Shown here in pieces: positions 25,382-37,858 of a DNA stretch of 64,000 nt; position 1 is the stretch's first letter; each line of letters opens with the position of its first letter. The translations under genes and the position numbers were made by a program. The notes below the pieces were generated by a model, which saw only the letters and a program-made list of their open reading frames with translations, ran no database searches and was not told the origin of the DNA. This stretch comes from Marsupella aquatica (lineage: Eukaryota; Plantae; Marchantiophyta), in contig OZ316891.1 in NCBI GenBank assembly GCA_973895155.1, forward strand, positions 1,107,324-1,171,323, written 5' to 3'.

Positions 25382-28300
25382 AATGCGAGCTGTGATGGAT
25401 CGCAGGTGCTGCTTGTGAGATTAATCAATGTGATGGAGACGAGTGGATCATCTGGCCGTGGTTTTCGTGGGGTAGCAACTCAGCTCCCTTCTTGTTTGGT
25501 GGTTGTGGAGGGAAACAAGGATGCTTGGTAGGCGAGGACTTCGTTCGAGGTGGTCGAGGAGCTTCTGCATGTTGCTTTCGTAGTGAGGCTTGGAGGTGTA
25601 CAGGCAGGTACGGGCAGCTGGCGGCGATCTCATTACCAGATGTAGCAGCATGAGGACGCATACAGGGGATGGTGCCTTATGTTCTCGACTGTGCCTTGGG
25701 CGCAGTCCTCGTCTCCAGCATTTCTTACCTGATGTTTCCTATTCTTAGTTTTGCTTAACTTCATTGTCCAAGGACCCGAGCTTATTTGTCGGATACGTGT
25801 AGAACAGTTGCCTCACATTGCCGGTGGGACACGCACAGAGCAGTTGTTACCAAGTCCCAAGTTTAGAGTAGGTGGTTTGTGTGTACAGATTTTGACTTCA
25901 TTGCTCTCAAATGGTTACTTCAATCTGGTCTTCATACTAGTATGTTATATGTAATGTGATTCTTTTCCGAACTCATAATAAATCATTGAGTGAGTCAATA
26001 CTTTACAAATATCTGTTGATGATCATGCACAACCCCAGCGTAATGTGACTGGCGTTTGTTTCTTGAGCTAGCCGTTCTGTAAGGGAACAGACGAACAGCC
26101 GGTTAATATGCGAGTCTTCCACTTTGATCGTTTTGCACGCGTCTAGTGATAGACATCTGTAACTTTAGCCGAAGCTGAGAGGCGTTATGAATTCGAGGCA
26201 GTCCCAAGAACATTGCGATGCGTAGGAACTGTCCGTGTGGTACTTGAGGAGTATTGAGTGCTGTTTTATGTGCGTATTCTAGATTCCTGTTCACGAGATA
26301 GTACCGTGAAGGATGTGATTAGTAAGATTTTAGTGCGAGGTTCTTGAAAACAGTCCTTTCTCCGGACGGTTTGTGACGATTTCAGGCCCAAAAGCGATAT
26401 CAATCTTTATCACGCGGGATGGTAGTCCGTCTTCGCCGCATCCCAAGGCAAATAGCCGGTAAGAGGATTAAGGATTGAACATGGCGCATTGCTTCGCGGT
26501 AGGATCCTTCGCTGTCCAGTCTTCTCAGATATCATCAGTAAGATGATCATCCTTCAGGTGGGGTTTGATGACGTGCATTCCCTGGATTCGATCTACAGGT
26601 GATCGTTCTTGAACTAGTCCGATAGGTAGTGGTTCAGGATGGTCGAAGCTCTGCTTCGCTGTTGATGTGCAACGGAACCCTCAGCACCGTCCGACATCCG
26701 AATTGTATAGTGGAGGTCATACATTTAATAACTAGGCGGTCGTCGCTCCAGTTGCGGTGACTTCATCATTGTAATGCGGGTCTTCCGCTGGGTAGAAAAT
26801 TTTTGAACGGTACGACTTTGAGTGCTGCATCGTGACATAATTTTTTGTAGAAGTCCCTTGCGCTCATTTACACAATATCGCGCGCGTCCATCACCCAGAA
26901 GGATACTGGACGCGGTCTCCGAATCTGGGTGCTGTTGGCGGATTGCTATCGTCATGGTATGCCCGTTCTGTGTGTTTCGATCTTGGAATCATGAGCTGCC
27001 ACAGTGTGAACGGTCGACTGAGACCATGACACCGAAGTGATCACATGAACTTCATGTACTTATTATTCGTGTGTGGGCCAGCTATTCCCGAACTTCGCGC
27101 TGAAACAAGGTCGGGCAGTTGCAGCAATTTTAGCGAGTATCAGAATACACTTTTTTCCCCCCGTGCAGTTGTGCGGACGGGTCTTGCATGGAAACGGACG
27201 ATTCAGTTGTGTAACGGGAATACTAACAATTCACGTAACTGATACTTAGGCTCATTGTGTAACTTAGTAGCATGAAAGCTTCCCGTTTGGGCCTTCAACC
27301 TCCCATCGGTAATGGGAAAATTCCTCTAGACATTCCAGTAGATTGAGCACAGGTCCTGAAGGCCGTGTGAGTTCAGACCGTGGAGTTGGATTCTCCAGGC
27401 GAAGTAACCCGATGTTTTGCCCAAGTCATCAGCATACTCTCGAGATGTTCGGCCTAAAACCATAAATGACTCCAATGTCACACATCTGTGCTTTCCAATG
27501 TTATACATTAGTCCCTGCATTTCAGTTCCTGTCACCAGATATTGTAAAGCTTAGCTTTGTTTAACCCATCTACGCTACGATCTTGAATACTTGACGAGCA
27601 AGGGAATGAAGATATAGACCTGGGTGTGCATGATGTGAGAATGATGTGGGAATGCAATGAATTTCGATTTTTAAGTTTCCAAAACTTAATTATGATGAAC
27701 TCCGTGAAAGTATGATGAACTCCGTGAAAGCATCTCCGCCTCTCGAACATTAAATATCATAAACTCTGTGAACTGTTTGAGAATCGGAAAGCATGCTAGC
27801 TGACCGAGTGAAGTCCAAGGTGGTCAGAGTCGCCTCGCTGTTTTGTCTTTTAGCTCTTCCCCCGAGACATCCTTCTGCACGCACCCCTTTTCACAACAAT
27901 TCTCTGAATAAAAAGCAACTCAACCCACGAGCAAATCTCCCCAGCCTGCTTTTTAGTGGCGAAAATTCCCTCCTGAAAAGTCTTCGCCAGTTTGGCCAAA
28001 ATCAGCCTACTTATTTGTCTTCCATTGGCTAGTTTTCCACCTAGTATTGATCCCACTAGCGAGAATCTGACAATTGTCCTTAGTTTTAGGGAAATGGCTG
28101 TCTTTAATTATAAGGAGATGTCAATGTCAAAACTTAATCTAGTAAAATTAAATAACGAATCTTCCTAGCTGCCTCTTCACGCAATACACATTGGCCACCT
28201 TAGAGGAACCCTAGCAAATTATGCTACCCTTCCCAACATAACCACGAAACTGGATACCGACAAAGTTCCTCAAACTGGCACTCGATGTTCACTGAACCTG

Positions 28301-29210
28301 CTGTTTTCTGTTTATTTTAGTCAAGCTTTGTGAGAAATCACTGAACTTGCTGTTACCTGTCTTCGTTTCAGTCAACCTTTGTGAGAAATCCATGTTTGTG
28401 ACCCTGACCCAGACCCAACTTCCAGGCAAGCTTCATCAGGCAAGCTTCATCAAGAGGGATTTTGGTTTGAAACTGCTTCCAACATGCCCCTTGGGTCAAC
28501 TTCAAGAATTTTTCTATCATATATTAAACCATTGTAGCACAAAAGAAATCTACATTACAAATTCCCAAACAAGCAACACTTATAGAAGTGTGGTGGCACA
28601 CAACATAAATTCACCAGCATGCCTCATGGCGAGTTCACAAGTGTGGCAAACAAAGATGAAATGATGTTGATGCAATACCATAGTGCTGGGATACACCGAA
28701 CAAGACTGCAAACAAGATGTAAAATGCAGGTGCTGTGAGGCTTGTAACTGTGTTTCGGTCATATAGCATGCTCATCCTGGAACATGCTTTACTTTTTGTC
28801 TTGTAGTGATATTAAGTGGACAAAATTAAAGAGTAAGACTAGAATACATATTAAATGTGAATGAAATCAAATCATATAAATAAAGTACACTCAATAAAAG
28901 CACATAGTGACCAAATGGAAAGTATAAACAAAATTGCTACGAGTTGTGCACAATGAAATCAAATAATATAAATAAAGCACATGCAATAAAAGTACATAGT
29001 GACCAATGGAAAGTACAATTTTATTACACAAAGATCCTACGAGTTGTGCACATATTTCAGTGTGTATCTCAATAAAAACCATAAACTTAGGAAAGAAAAC
29101 CACAAGGGGAGCTTAAGACAGGATGTGCTGACATTTCTTAGAATCATTCCTCTCACTCATGAGTATACTTAAAAGCGGTAGAAAATGAAGCCCTTAGTTT
29201 CTCTCTAGTA

Positions 29211-29584
29211 CTTTACAAATTATACAAATTAAGGGGGCTGCCAAAATAAATTCAAAACACTATAGAATACCAAAAATTTAAAGGGGTCCAAAAATGAATT
29301 AAAAGTCTGTGATACAAAGGATGCCCCTTGTGTTAAGGTACATTCAAATAAAAATTCATGATACACAAATATGAATAAGACAAAACATGAGAGTTGGACT
29401 TTACAAATTATACAAATTAAGGGGGCTGCCAAAATAAATTCAAAACACTATAGAATACCAAAAATTTAAAGGGGTCCAAAAATGAATTAAAAGTCTGTGA
29501 TACAAAGGATGCCCCTTGTTAAGGTACATTCAAATAAAAATTCATGATACACAAATATGAATAAGACAAAACATGAGAGTTGGA
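29211..29584. repeat. Near-perfect 188-bp tandem duplication
   Basis: 29211-29398 and 29399-29584 appear identical except for a 2-bp deletion (CCTTGTGTTAAG vs CCTTGTTAAG). Confidence 0.95.
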
Positions 29585-30245
29585 TTCACCATATAGCGGC
29601 TTCATAAATTTAATTTTTTCCTACATTGCTATATGGCGAACACCTTCTACCTTATTTTGTCTTATTAAAAATATGAGTTCTGAATTTTCTTTTAAATCTG
29701 GCCTAGTGTATCATTTCACTTTGTATTGGTATGAATTTAACAAATTATCTAACCCCTTTAATTATTTCAAGTTTATGATTTCATTTGATTTGATATGTTT
29801 TATTGTGATAGCTTATCATGTATTTGATGAGATTTTTTTTCTGCCATTCATCCTCTATTGCACGAGATGGTCAGACTCACCTGGATGCACCCAGCACAAA
29901 AACCAGAGATGCCCTGTAGGTTATATGTCCATTGGTGAAAAACTTTCCGACCCTTATGGTTTAGAGGCTAACAGGTGTCACCTAAATAGTGAATCTTTCA
30001 ATAGGGCCTTCAATAGGGCCTAAAAGTAGAGTACAAACTTAAGCTAGAGTATAAAGCTAACATACTTTTCTGTCTACCACAAAAGAGTGCTGTGAGGCTT
30101 GTAACTGTGTTTCGGTCAATGTAGAAATACAGAAACATGGAGTGCAATTTCATTGAAGAAAATTTTCTGAGTAATATATTCTAACACTTGCTATGTGTAA
30201 AGAAAGCACACTTGCTATTGTACTCTGGATGGGGATAAATATATA

Positions 30246-30455
30246 CAATTTCAATTACATTGTCACTAAAGTTGCTTGGAATTACAATATTGTCATTATA
30301 TTTTTAGTATTTACAACAGTGTCACGGTTTTTGGATAGGGTTACCTTGGTGAACTCATTTTCCAAGTAACTTTGTTTGTTGCATTGTATTCACATTGTAA
30401 AATCCTGACAATATTGTACTACCAGGCAATTTTAGTGACAAGGTACCTAAAGCTG
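30246..30455. mobile_element. Mutator-type MITE, copy 2 (older)
   Basis: TIR cores TACATTGTCACTAAA ... TTTAGTGACAAGGTACCTAAAGCTG. The flanks TAAATATATA / GACATATATA match at 8 of 10 positions. Confidence 0.7.
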
Positions 30456-31396
30456 GACATATATATATATATGACACTCCCAATGAACAAGGAACTCCCA
30501 ACCGGGACACATGAATTGGTGATTGTTAATTTAACGAAAATGATCTTCATGAAGGAATCTTAAAGAACAAAAAGAGCCAGGCATGAATTCATGAATTGGT
30601 GTTTGCTAATTGGCCAAAATGATCTTCAGGATGGAATCTTCATAAAGTCCTGCCATGTTGCCAGCCCATTCAACTTCTCTATTATTTCCCCACATAGCTG
30701 TGTTGCAGAGGTGGAAGTGACAAAAATCAGTCCGAAAGGGGTTTTATGCACGCGGCATTTCATTTATAAGCATTTATTAGCGTTGTCCTTCAGCACCTCA
30801 ACAAGACTGAGATCCTGTATCCAACAAGTGTTCGTTTTCAACGTTGTGTCTGGAGTGGTATCCAAGCAAGGTTACGAGCATCTTCTGCCATCATTGGCCA
30901 AATGCTTGCATCACGTTGATGCTGGTGGTACCAACATATGTAACATTCACTCATGCTCACTACACATTTATTCTTAAAACACAAAGGGAGTGACCTTTGT
31001 TGTTACATTGTTACATCATTTATTATTTATATTTCTTTTTGCGTGATCCCGAAGGGAAAGGGGCGGCGGGGACCAGGATAGCAGTCAAACTACAAGAACA
31101 CCCACGACGGGGCAGCAGGGCCAGGATGGTGGCTCAATGTTTTTTTAATACATTTTCATGTAAAGTTATAGGAATATAAATTATTAATCGGCCACTAAAT
31201 CTAATTTTGTTAATTAATATGTCATGGTTTACAGATTCTGACACTCTTTTCAAGTGTAATTGCATCAAAATAGTATAATAAACCACCAATGGCTACGATC
31301 AGCCCATAAATCCTTCCTGTAGTATCACTCACCCTCCTATTTTGGGTGTACCTTACGGGAGCACTAAGGATAGTTAAGTCCCACTCATCAACTTTA

Positions 31397-33308
31397 GAGA
31401 GATATGCTTAGTAGACCCCTTTATGGAAAAAGTTTGCTTAATCAACCCCCTTATATTTTTCCCCAATCTGGACAGTTGATGGACCTCAGATCTGGATCAT
31501 TGATAGACCTCAGAGGGTCGATCAACCAAATACCTCTCAACTTTGCTATAGAGAACAAGGTCAGGATTGAAATCAAGAGCCCCTTTCCCGATAGAAGGTG
31601 CGGGTGGTTGATGTCAATGAGGGTGAGTTTTGGGCAACTTTTGGTTGATCCTGTTGCTGAAGGTCTTAATCGTTCAATATGGTCCATATCAACCAGCCTA
31701 AACTGGGCATGCTAGACAATAATTTACATTTGATGGCAGAATAGTAATTTTTATTAGTTTCTTTGATAACTTGGTCAGTCTCAGTTAATTCTTTATCTTA
31801 TACTACCTTAGATGCATTGTGGTACGATGACATTACCTGAAGAAAAAAGAAAGAAAAAAGCCTTAGATGCATTGTGGTGGACACATGTAGGATCATAACC
31901 CCATGCCTACTTCGTGTGCTTGAAATAAATAAATGTGTAGTAGTATAGGTTTGAATTCCCCACCTCTCTCCTTCAATGTTTGGGTTTTCTCATTTTATGA
32001 TGATTTCCGGTCTGGTCTCCTCTTGGCTTCGGCCCCGTCCTACTCCAAACATTTAGGCTCTATTGTATTCTTCTGTTGTAATAAAATAGTGGGTTTCCAC
32101 TCTATTGCTATAGCCAGTTATAAATAATAGTAATTTAATGCTATGGCCAGTTACACCTCTTGGGTTCTTGGTTGGCGTTTCCATCTGAATCTAATATGTA
32201 TAAAGTGGGGATGAAAATATACATCAGAAAAAAATGCTTTCATAAAACTTTGAAGGCCATAAATGCCAGAATCAACCTTTGCTGCTACAACAAGGTGGGG
32301 CCAGACTACGGTAAGCATGGGCTTTGTCACTGAAGAACAGCTATGCATATTCACACAAAGAAAGAATTCAAAGGAGATGCCAGAATCAAACAAGCAAAGA
32401 AGCAAAAATGTATCCACGAGGCATGACCCTGACAGTGTGTGTGCCATGAGTGCGGACCCAAGTTTCATTGCACACATTGTCCCAGGTGAGGACACCTCCA
32501 TCAACTATCCTTACACTAGTCTTCAGTAAAGTGAAGACTTGGTTTTAAAGTGGGTTCGATTGGTAGATCGAGTTTATTTCCTCGGAATTGGTAGAGTTTA
32601 TTTGAAGCTGAGATTTACAAAGTTGCCACTTTTGTCAAATTCCATAAGTTTGGAAATCCGATAGTCATCTGGCTGGGATTGTTTCAACTTAACTAGAGTT
32701 ACTTTGGTTAATCAAAGGTAGGAAGAGATGAAAAATTAGTAATTAAACTAATCAGAGTAGCAAGCAAGAGTGACAATGTAGTTGATTTCACTTATAGGGA
32801 ATTAGTGACAGAGGCTTTGAGTAGACTATTGCTATAAGATCTGGCTGGACCATGCCATATCATGGCTATGAGGATGTTCTAGCCACGTCAGTATTATATA
32901 CAAGTATTAAGTTGATGAAATTTAGATAAGGAAGTTATGGTCATCAATGGCATGTAAGGCTATGCCTGCCCACCTAACGATAGGTGCCAAGTGTTTCTCC
33001 TTTTTTGTAAATGCACATCCAAAAGCGGCAACATAGCATAGTGTACCTTGTCACATGGTATTTGGCCATGGGTTGGACTGATTTTTCATACCATGGTAAA
33101 CCCAATTGTTCTATTATATCACTCTGGTATGAGAGATATGCTTAGTAGACCCCTTCTGGAAAACGTTTGCTTAATCAACCCCCTCGATACTTTTCTCCAA
33201 TCTGGACTGTTGATGGACCTTTCAATCTCAGATCTGGACCGTTGATAGACCTCAGGGGGTAGATCAAGCAACAACTTTCATTTTGGGAGTTGATCAAGCA
33301 AATACCTC
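31397..33308. repeat. Dispersed direct repeat pair (31397-31536 and 33131-33308)
   Basis: Both begin GAGAGATATGCTTAGTAGACCCCTT and share TTTGCTTAATCAACCCC, CCAATCTGGAC.GTTGATGGACCT and TTGATAGACCTCAG. Confidence 0.85.
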
Positions 33309-35684
33309 CTCTGTTATTCCTTCTAGGTATCACGGCTGCCGCTTTGTGATGTGCAATTACTGGGGAGCAGTGTTTGCCCTTGAGCTTGGATTTAGAGAGC
33401 AAGGAGCATGATAGTTACCATATTCTCAACATTTTGTTCAATCTTCCCATTCACTTATTACCAATTGAAATCTGTTTACCTCCAACTTGGGCCCTTAAGT
33501 TTGAGTTTATCTGCAGTATGATTTAGTTTTATTTTTTGCCATACCTGGGGGTGGATGGGGACTGGGAAGGAGGCACAATTGGGTACAGGTCTTGAGTGGG
33601 GAAACTAGATTAAGACAAAAAAAAGTGAGTACAAGAAGGCCCCAAAGGCGTCTGAAAACTGGAAGCAAAGAAGCCTAAGTCACTGACTTGATTATTTTAT
33701 AAACAAGGGAGCCAAACCACGCCTGAAAGTCAGTGCCAAATCCCTGAGTTGGTATGGTTGCTTGTAAGAAAGTGGTGACACACAAAAGCAGCCATTACAC
33801 ATTTCAGTGTACACAAGACAAAAATGAAAAATAATGTCATTTCCTGTAGAGATTGCTCAAATTATTTCTCTCCAAACGTGTCCAAAATGCATTTCCTTGC
33901 TTTCCCCAAAGTGGCATTATTATTGTTCCTTTTGTGCAACTTTTTTGGTTTCCGGATGTTTGGGTTTGGTTACTGGTTAGAGGTACGCTGGAGGCGACTA
34001 AATGGCCACATGTCCACCAGCTGGATGTTGTCGAAGTGGGAGATTTTTGTCCCCAAGCTTCCCTTTCCCTTACTAGATTGTCCCCTCCTCGGGTTAGCCT
34101 ACCCTACGTGGGAGCTGCAATAAAATTGATAAAATCAGCATGATCCTTGGGAAATGGGAGAGTGCACTTTCTCGTGGGAAACTCTCACCAATCACCTATG
34201 GTGGCGGTTTTTTCTTGCTGTCTAAGGCTCAGCACTAACCAATGGTGACGTTCTCTCCCTTACTATCTATGGCGAGCCCCATTCACCGTTGCTTTGCTGC
34301 CCACAAGTTTATAGCTGGTTGGACCGTCCCTTTCCATCAACCAATCTGAGAGGAATGCGTTTTGTTGGACCGTCCATTCATCATCTAGCATCATCACACA
34401 GCATGGTGTAAACCAAGGTAATTTTAAAGATTGTTTCAATAAACTCTCCAGGTGACTTATGTAACCATGGGTCAAGGACAGATGCAAGGAATGTTTCTTA
34501 TAAGATTTCAAATTTACTAGATTAGATCTAGGCCCCAAGGACTTAATGGGGAAAACCACTTAAAAAAATCTGACCCAATGATGATAACTAGCAGGGTCAA
34601 GATCATTAGATCAGTCCAAGCTAACAAGGCTTAGTTTTCTTAACCTGCCAGGGAAAAAGGTACAGACTACATAATGCAACAAAAAGGGTAAAGTAGTAAA
34701 ACTCGGCTAAAAGAAACGTTGGTGTAAATGAGAAGTGTCTTGATAGACTGTTCTTCGATGAGAACGACAAGCTGTGAAATACTGTGCGGGAATATACATC
34801 CAAAGGGCACCCACTTTGTGATAAAAACCACTTTTTTTCTTGGCATCCCACTTCCAATCAGTACGGAATATTCTGACGTTACCCAAAGTATTGCATCAAG
34901 GTTGAAAGGCTCATTTCATGCACTCCTCACATGTATCTCGTCTTTGTCACATTTTTTCTTTATCTTTTTCCTCTCTTTCCTCCCCTTCTTTGGGCTGCTT
35001 TGCCATTGGGATCATGTCTCCAGGTTCGGCATTTTTTGCCCTTGGGCACTGTGATATATCTCTTGGCTTTATCTAGTGCCAAACATGATAAAATAATAAC
35101 TACAAACACTGATAAAGCAATGCTTAGACCATAGAAGCAAGGGTCTTCTAAACTCATTTCCTGTCCAATATCCTATAACCGTTTCTGGATTTCACAGAAG
35201 GGATTTCAGGTTGTCACTGTCTAGGTTGAATACTTATAGACCAAACTAGTAAAGGAGTGATATGGAACCTGACTGCTCACCTTACATACTACCGTCAAAG
35301 CAGATGAGTCTTTCAACATGGCAATGTTCAATAATATGTGGAAAACTGTTTGTAAATGTGAGTTTAGTAGAACCTAGCTTCAGAATGATGAACACGTGTA
35401 GTAACAAAACCCAACTCAGACATATTTTTTATAATTAAATTTCTCCCCAAACAAAAGGGGAAAAGGGCCAAGTTTGCAACACAATGGGATTTTGTTGGGG
35501 TCAATCTGGCAAACCGTTGTGTTAACCCTACAAGTTTACTCTACAGCATGAAGTAACCACTCATCATAGTTCCTGACTTGTTTTTCTTTCACTTTTCTCT
35601 GTTTGTTGCACTCTATCTGTTTCATTTATCTGTTTGTGTTGTAGATCTGTTACTGTTAATATATCCCCGCATGAATAGTTCTTA

Positions 35685-35877
35685 TAGCTTTTAAGTACTT
35701 TGCCACTAAAGATGTTCTAAATTACAATATTTTCACAGTTTTTTTTAATATTTATACAAATGCCATGGTTTTGTATATAGATGACAAGTTCACCAAAGTA
35801 ACAAAGGGAGTTATATATGGAAATTATGACAGTATTGTAAAGTCAAACATCTTTAGTGACAATGTACTTAAAAGCTG
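35685..35877. mobile_element. Mutator-type MITE, copy 3
   Basis: 31-bp TIR AGCTTTTAAGTACTTTGCCACTAAAGATGTT with 2 mismatches to the opposite end, and a perfect 10-bp TSD ATAGTTCTTA at 35675-35684 and 35878-35887. Confidence 0.9.
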
Positions 35878-37209
35878 ATAGTTCTTATCAGCCTTCATCT
35901 TCGTCGAGTCACTTTGTTGTGATTGTAAAAGTGTTGTTGTTTGGGTTGGTGGTTGTTGTAACAATATTATCATTTTGGTCAATGTTGTTGTTGCAACTCG
36001 TGTTGCAAAAGGGAGGGAGAGAGCGCAAGACAGGCAACACCGGACATGGTGTCATTGGATCATGGACAATTTCCCTTTTTTTTCCCTCCCCCTTCTTCCT
36101 TCCCCCACAACCTCTCGCCTTTCTCTCCTCCTACTCTCCCTCCCTCTCCTCCTTGCCCTCCGGCCTGCTTTGCTTTCCGGCCTCAGCCTCCATACCCTCC
36201 TCCCTTGACCTCTTGCTCCCCATATCAGGGAGGAGGAGGCACGGCAAGGCTAGGCTGGGCACAGAGGACACATGAAGATGGCAGAGGAGGGGATCGGGAG
36301 GGGTTTAGGTGGTTTGGCATGGATCACATGGTTGAAAACAAGATATCAGCAAATGGTTTGGATTCTTGGGCCCCCAACCTCTGTAAAGTATAGGGGTACA
36401 TGTACATGAGAGTGGCCCCCTCTGCACATGTCGTGAGTTTTTGCAAGAACTTAAAAGATCAACTTTTTAATTTCATACACACATTAATCTGGGTATGTGA
36501 CCCTGAATTAGGTTTCAAGGGTCGGCAGAACAAAACTGACCCCTACTAGTTTAAACTTAATTATTAAAAATAATCCAAAATTAAATTTATTGTACCTTTC
36601 CTCCATTGGCGCATCTGACCCATCATTACTAATTGCTGGGCCTAGGGTCCTGGATTTGTTCTTGCCAATTTTACTTTTTGCAACCAGACCACACTGACAA
36701 TTTGGCGGGATGCATATTATATGGTGGTTGATGTAACAACACTCTTTGGTTGATGCACTCCTTGAAGCTCCATATTTACAGCCTCATGATCTTCTTACAA
36801 GATAGCATAATTTTCTCTCTACGTGGAGATATCATTCTCTTTTACGTTTGCAATATGTACACAGTTTTCCAATAGCAGAGTTGAGATGTTTCCCAATGCA
36901 TTCAGAATAAGAAAAGTGCAGCTCATCGTGTTTGTTGCCCCTGGTCAACCCTGCAACAAAGAATGAAAAGTTGTGTAAGAATGAAGAGTTGTATAAGAAT
37001 GTTCCGCAGGTGCAAGAAAGGTGATAAAATGGTGACTTTATATATTTCATGTGGAACATCCATGTGGAAATCTAGTCCAAGTTAGTGAGAAAGGACATCC
37101 TATAGTAGCACCAGATATACCCTTCTTTGTTTATGGAAACTTCTGGTGGCTTTGAAACCCCTCAATTGAGTTACTAGCCAGAATACCAGTGCATAGCATA
37201 TTTTTTTAA

Positions 37210-37858
37210 CTCTATTTCTATTCACAAGCATATTCTAAATATTAAAAAATTATGATGTTGTGTATCATATATAGCTCTATCCCTGTAGAGAAGTACACTT
37301 CAAATATACAAGAATTATGTTTCCCGAGATATGAAAGCAATCTGTTATCAAAAGGCCTCTATTACTCACGAGCATACTCTATACAATAAAAATTCATGCG
37401 TCCAGAGATAAGAAAGCCTGTGATAATCTGCTATCAAAGGCCTCTATCACTCTTCACAAGCATATTCTAATTATAAAAAATATATGTTTTCAGATATATG
37501 AAAGCCCACGTAGACTATCAAAGGGCCTCTATCCCTACTCACAAGCATACTCTATACAATTAAAAACTTCATGCGTCTAGAGATAAGAAAGCATGTGATA
37601 ATATGCAAAGGCCTCTATCACTCTTCACAAGCATATTTTTATTCTAATTATAAAAAATATATGTTTTCAGATATATGAAAGCCTATGTAGACTATCAAAA
37701 GGCCTCTATCCCTACTCACGAGCATACTCTATGCAATAAAGAAATTCATTTGTCTAGAGATATGAAAGCCTGCGATAATCTGCTCTCAAAGGCCTCTATC
37801 ACTCTTCACAAGCATATTCTAATTATAGAAAATGTTTCTTTCCCCAGATATATGTAGA
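37210..37858. repeat. Tandem array of ~85-90-bp monomers arranged as an A/B dimer (~170-177 bp)
   Basis: CAAA(A/G)GGCCTCTAT starts at 37349, 37435, 37519, 37606, 37696 and 37787, with alternating A and B bodies. Confidence 0.9.

Noticed and set aside
27691-27803. ATGATGA...CTGA, a possible box C/D snoRNA
   Set aside because: The ATGATGA lies in a 20-bp tandem duplication, with no terminal stem or recognisable rRNA guide.
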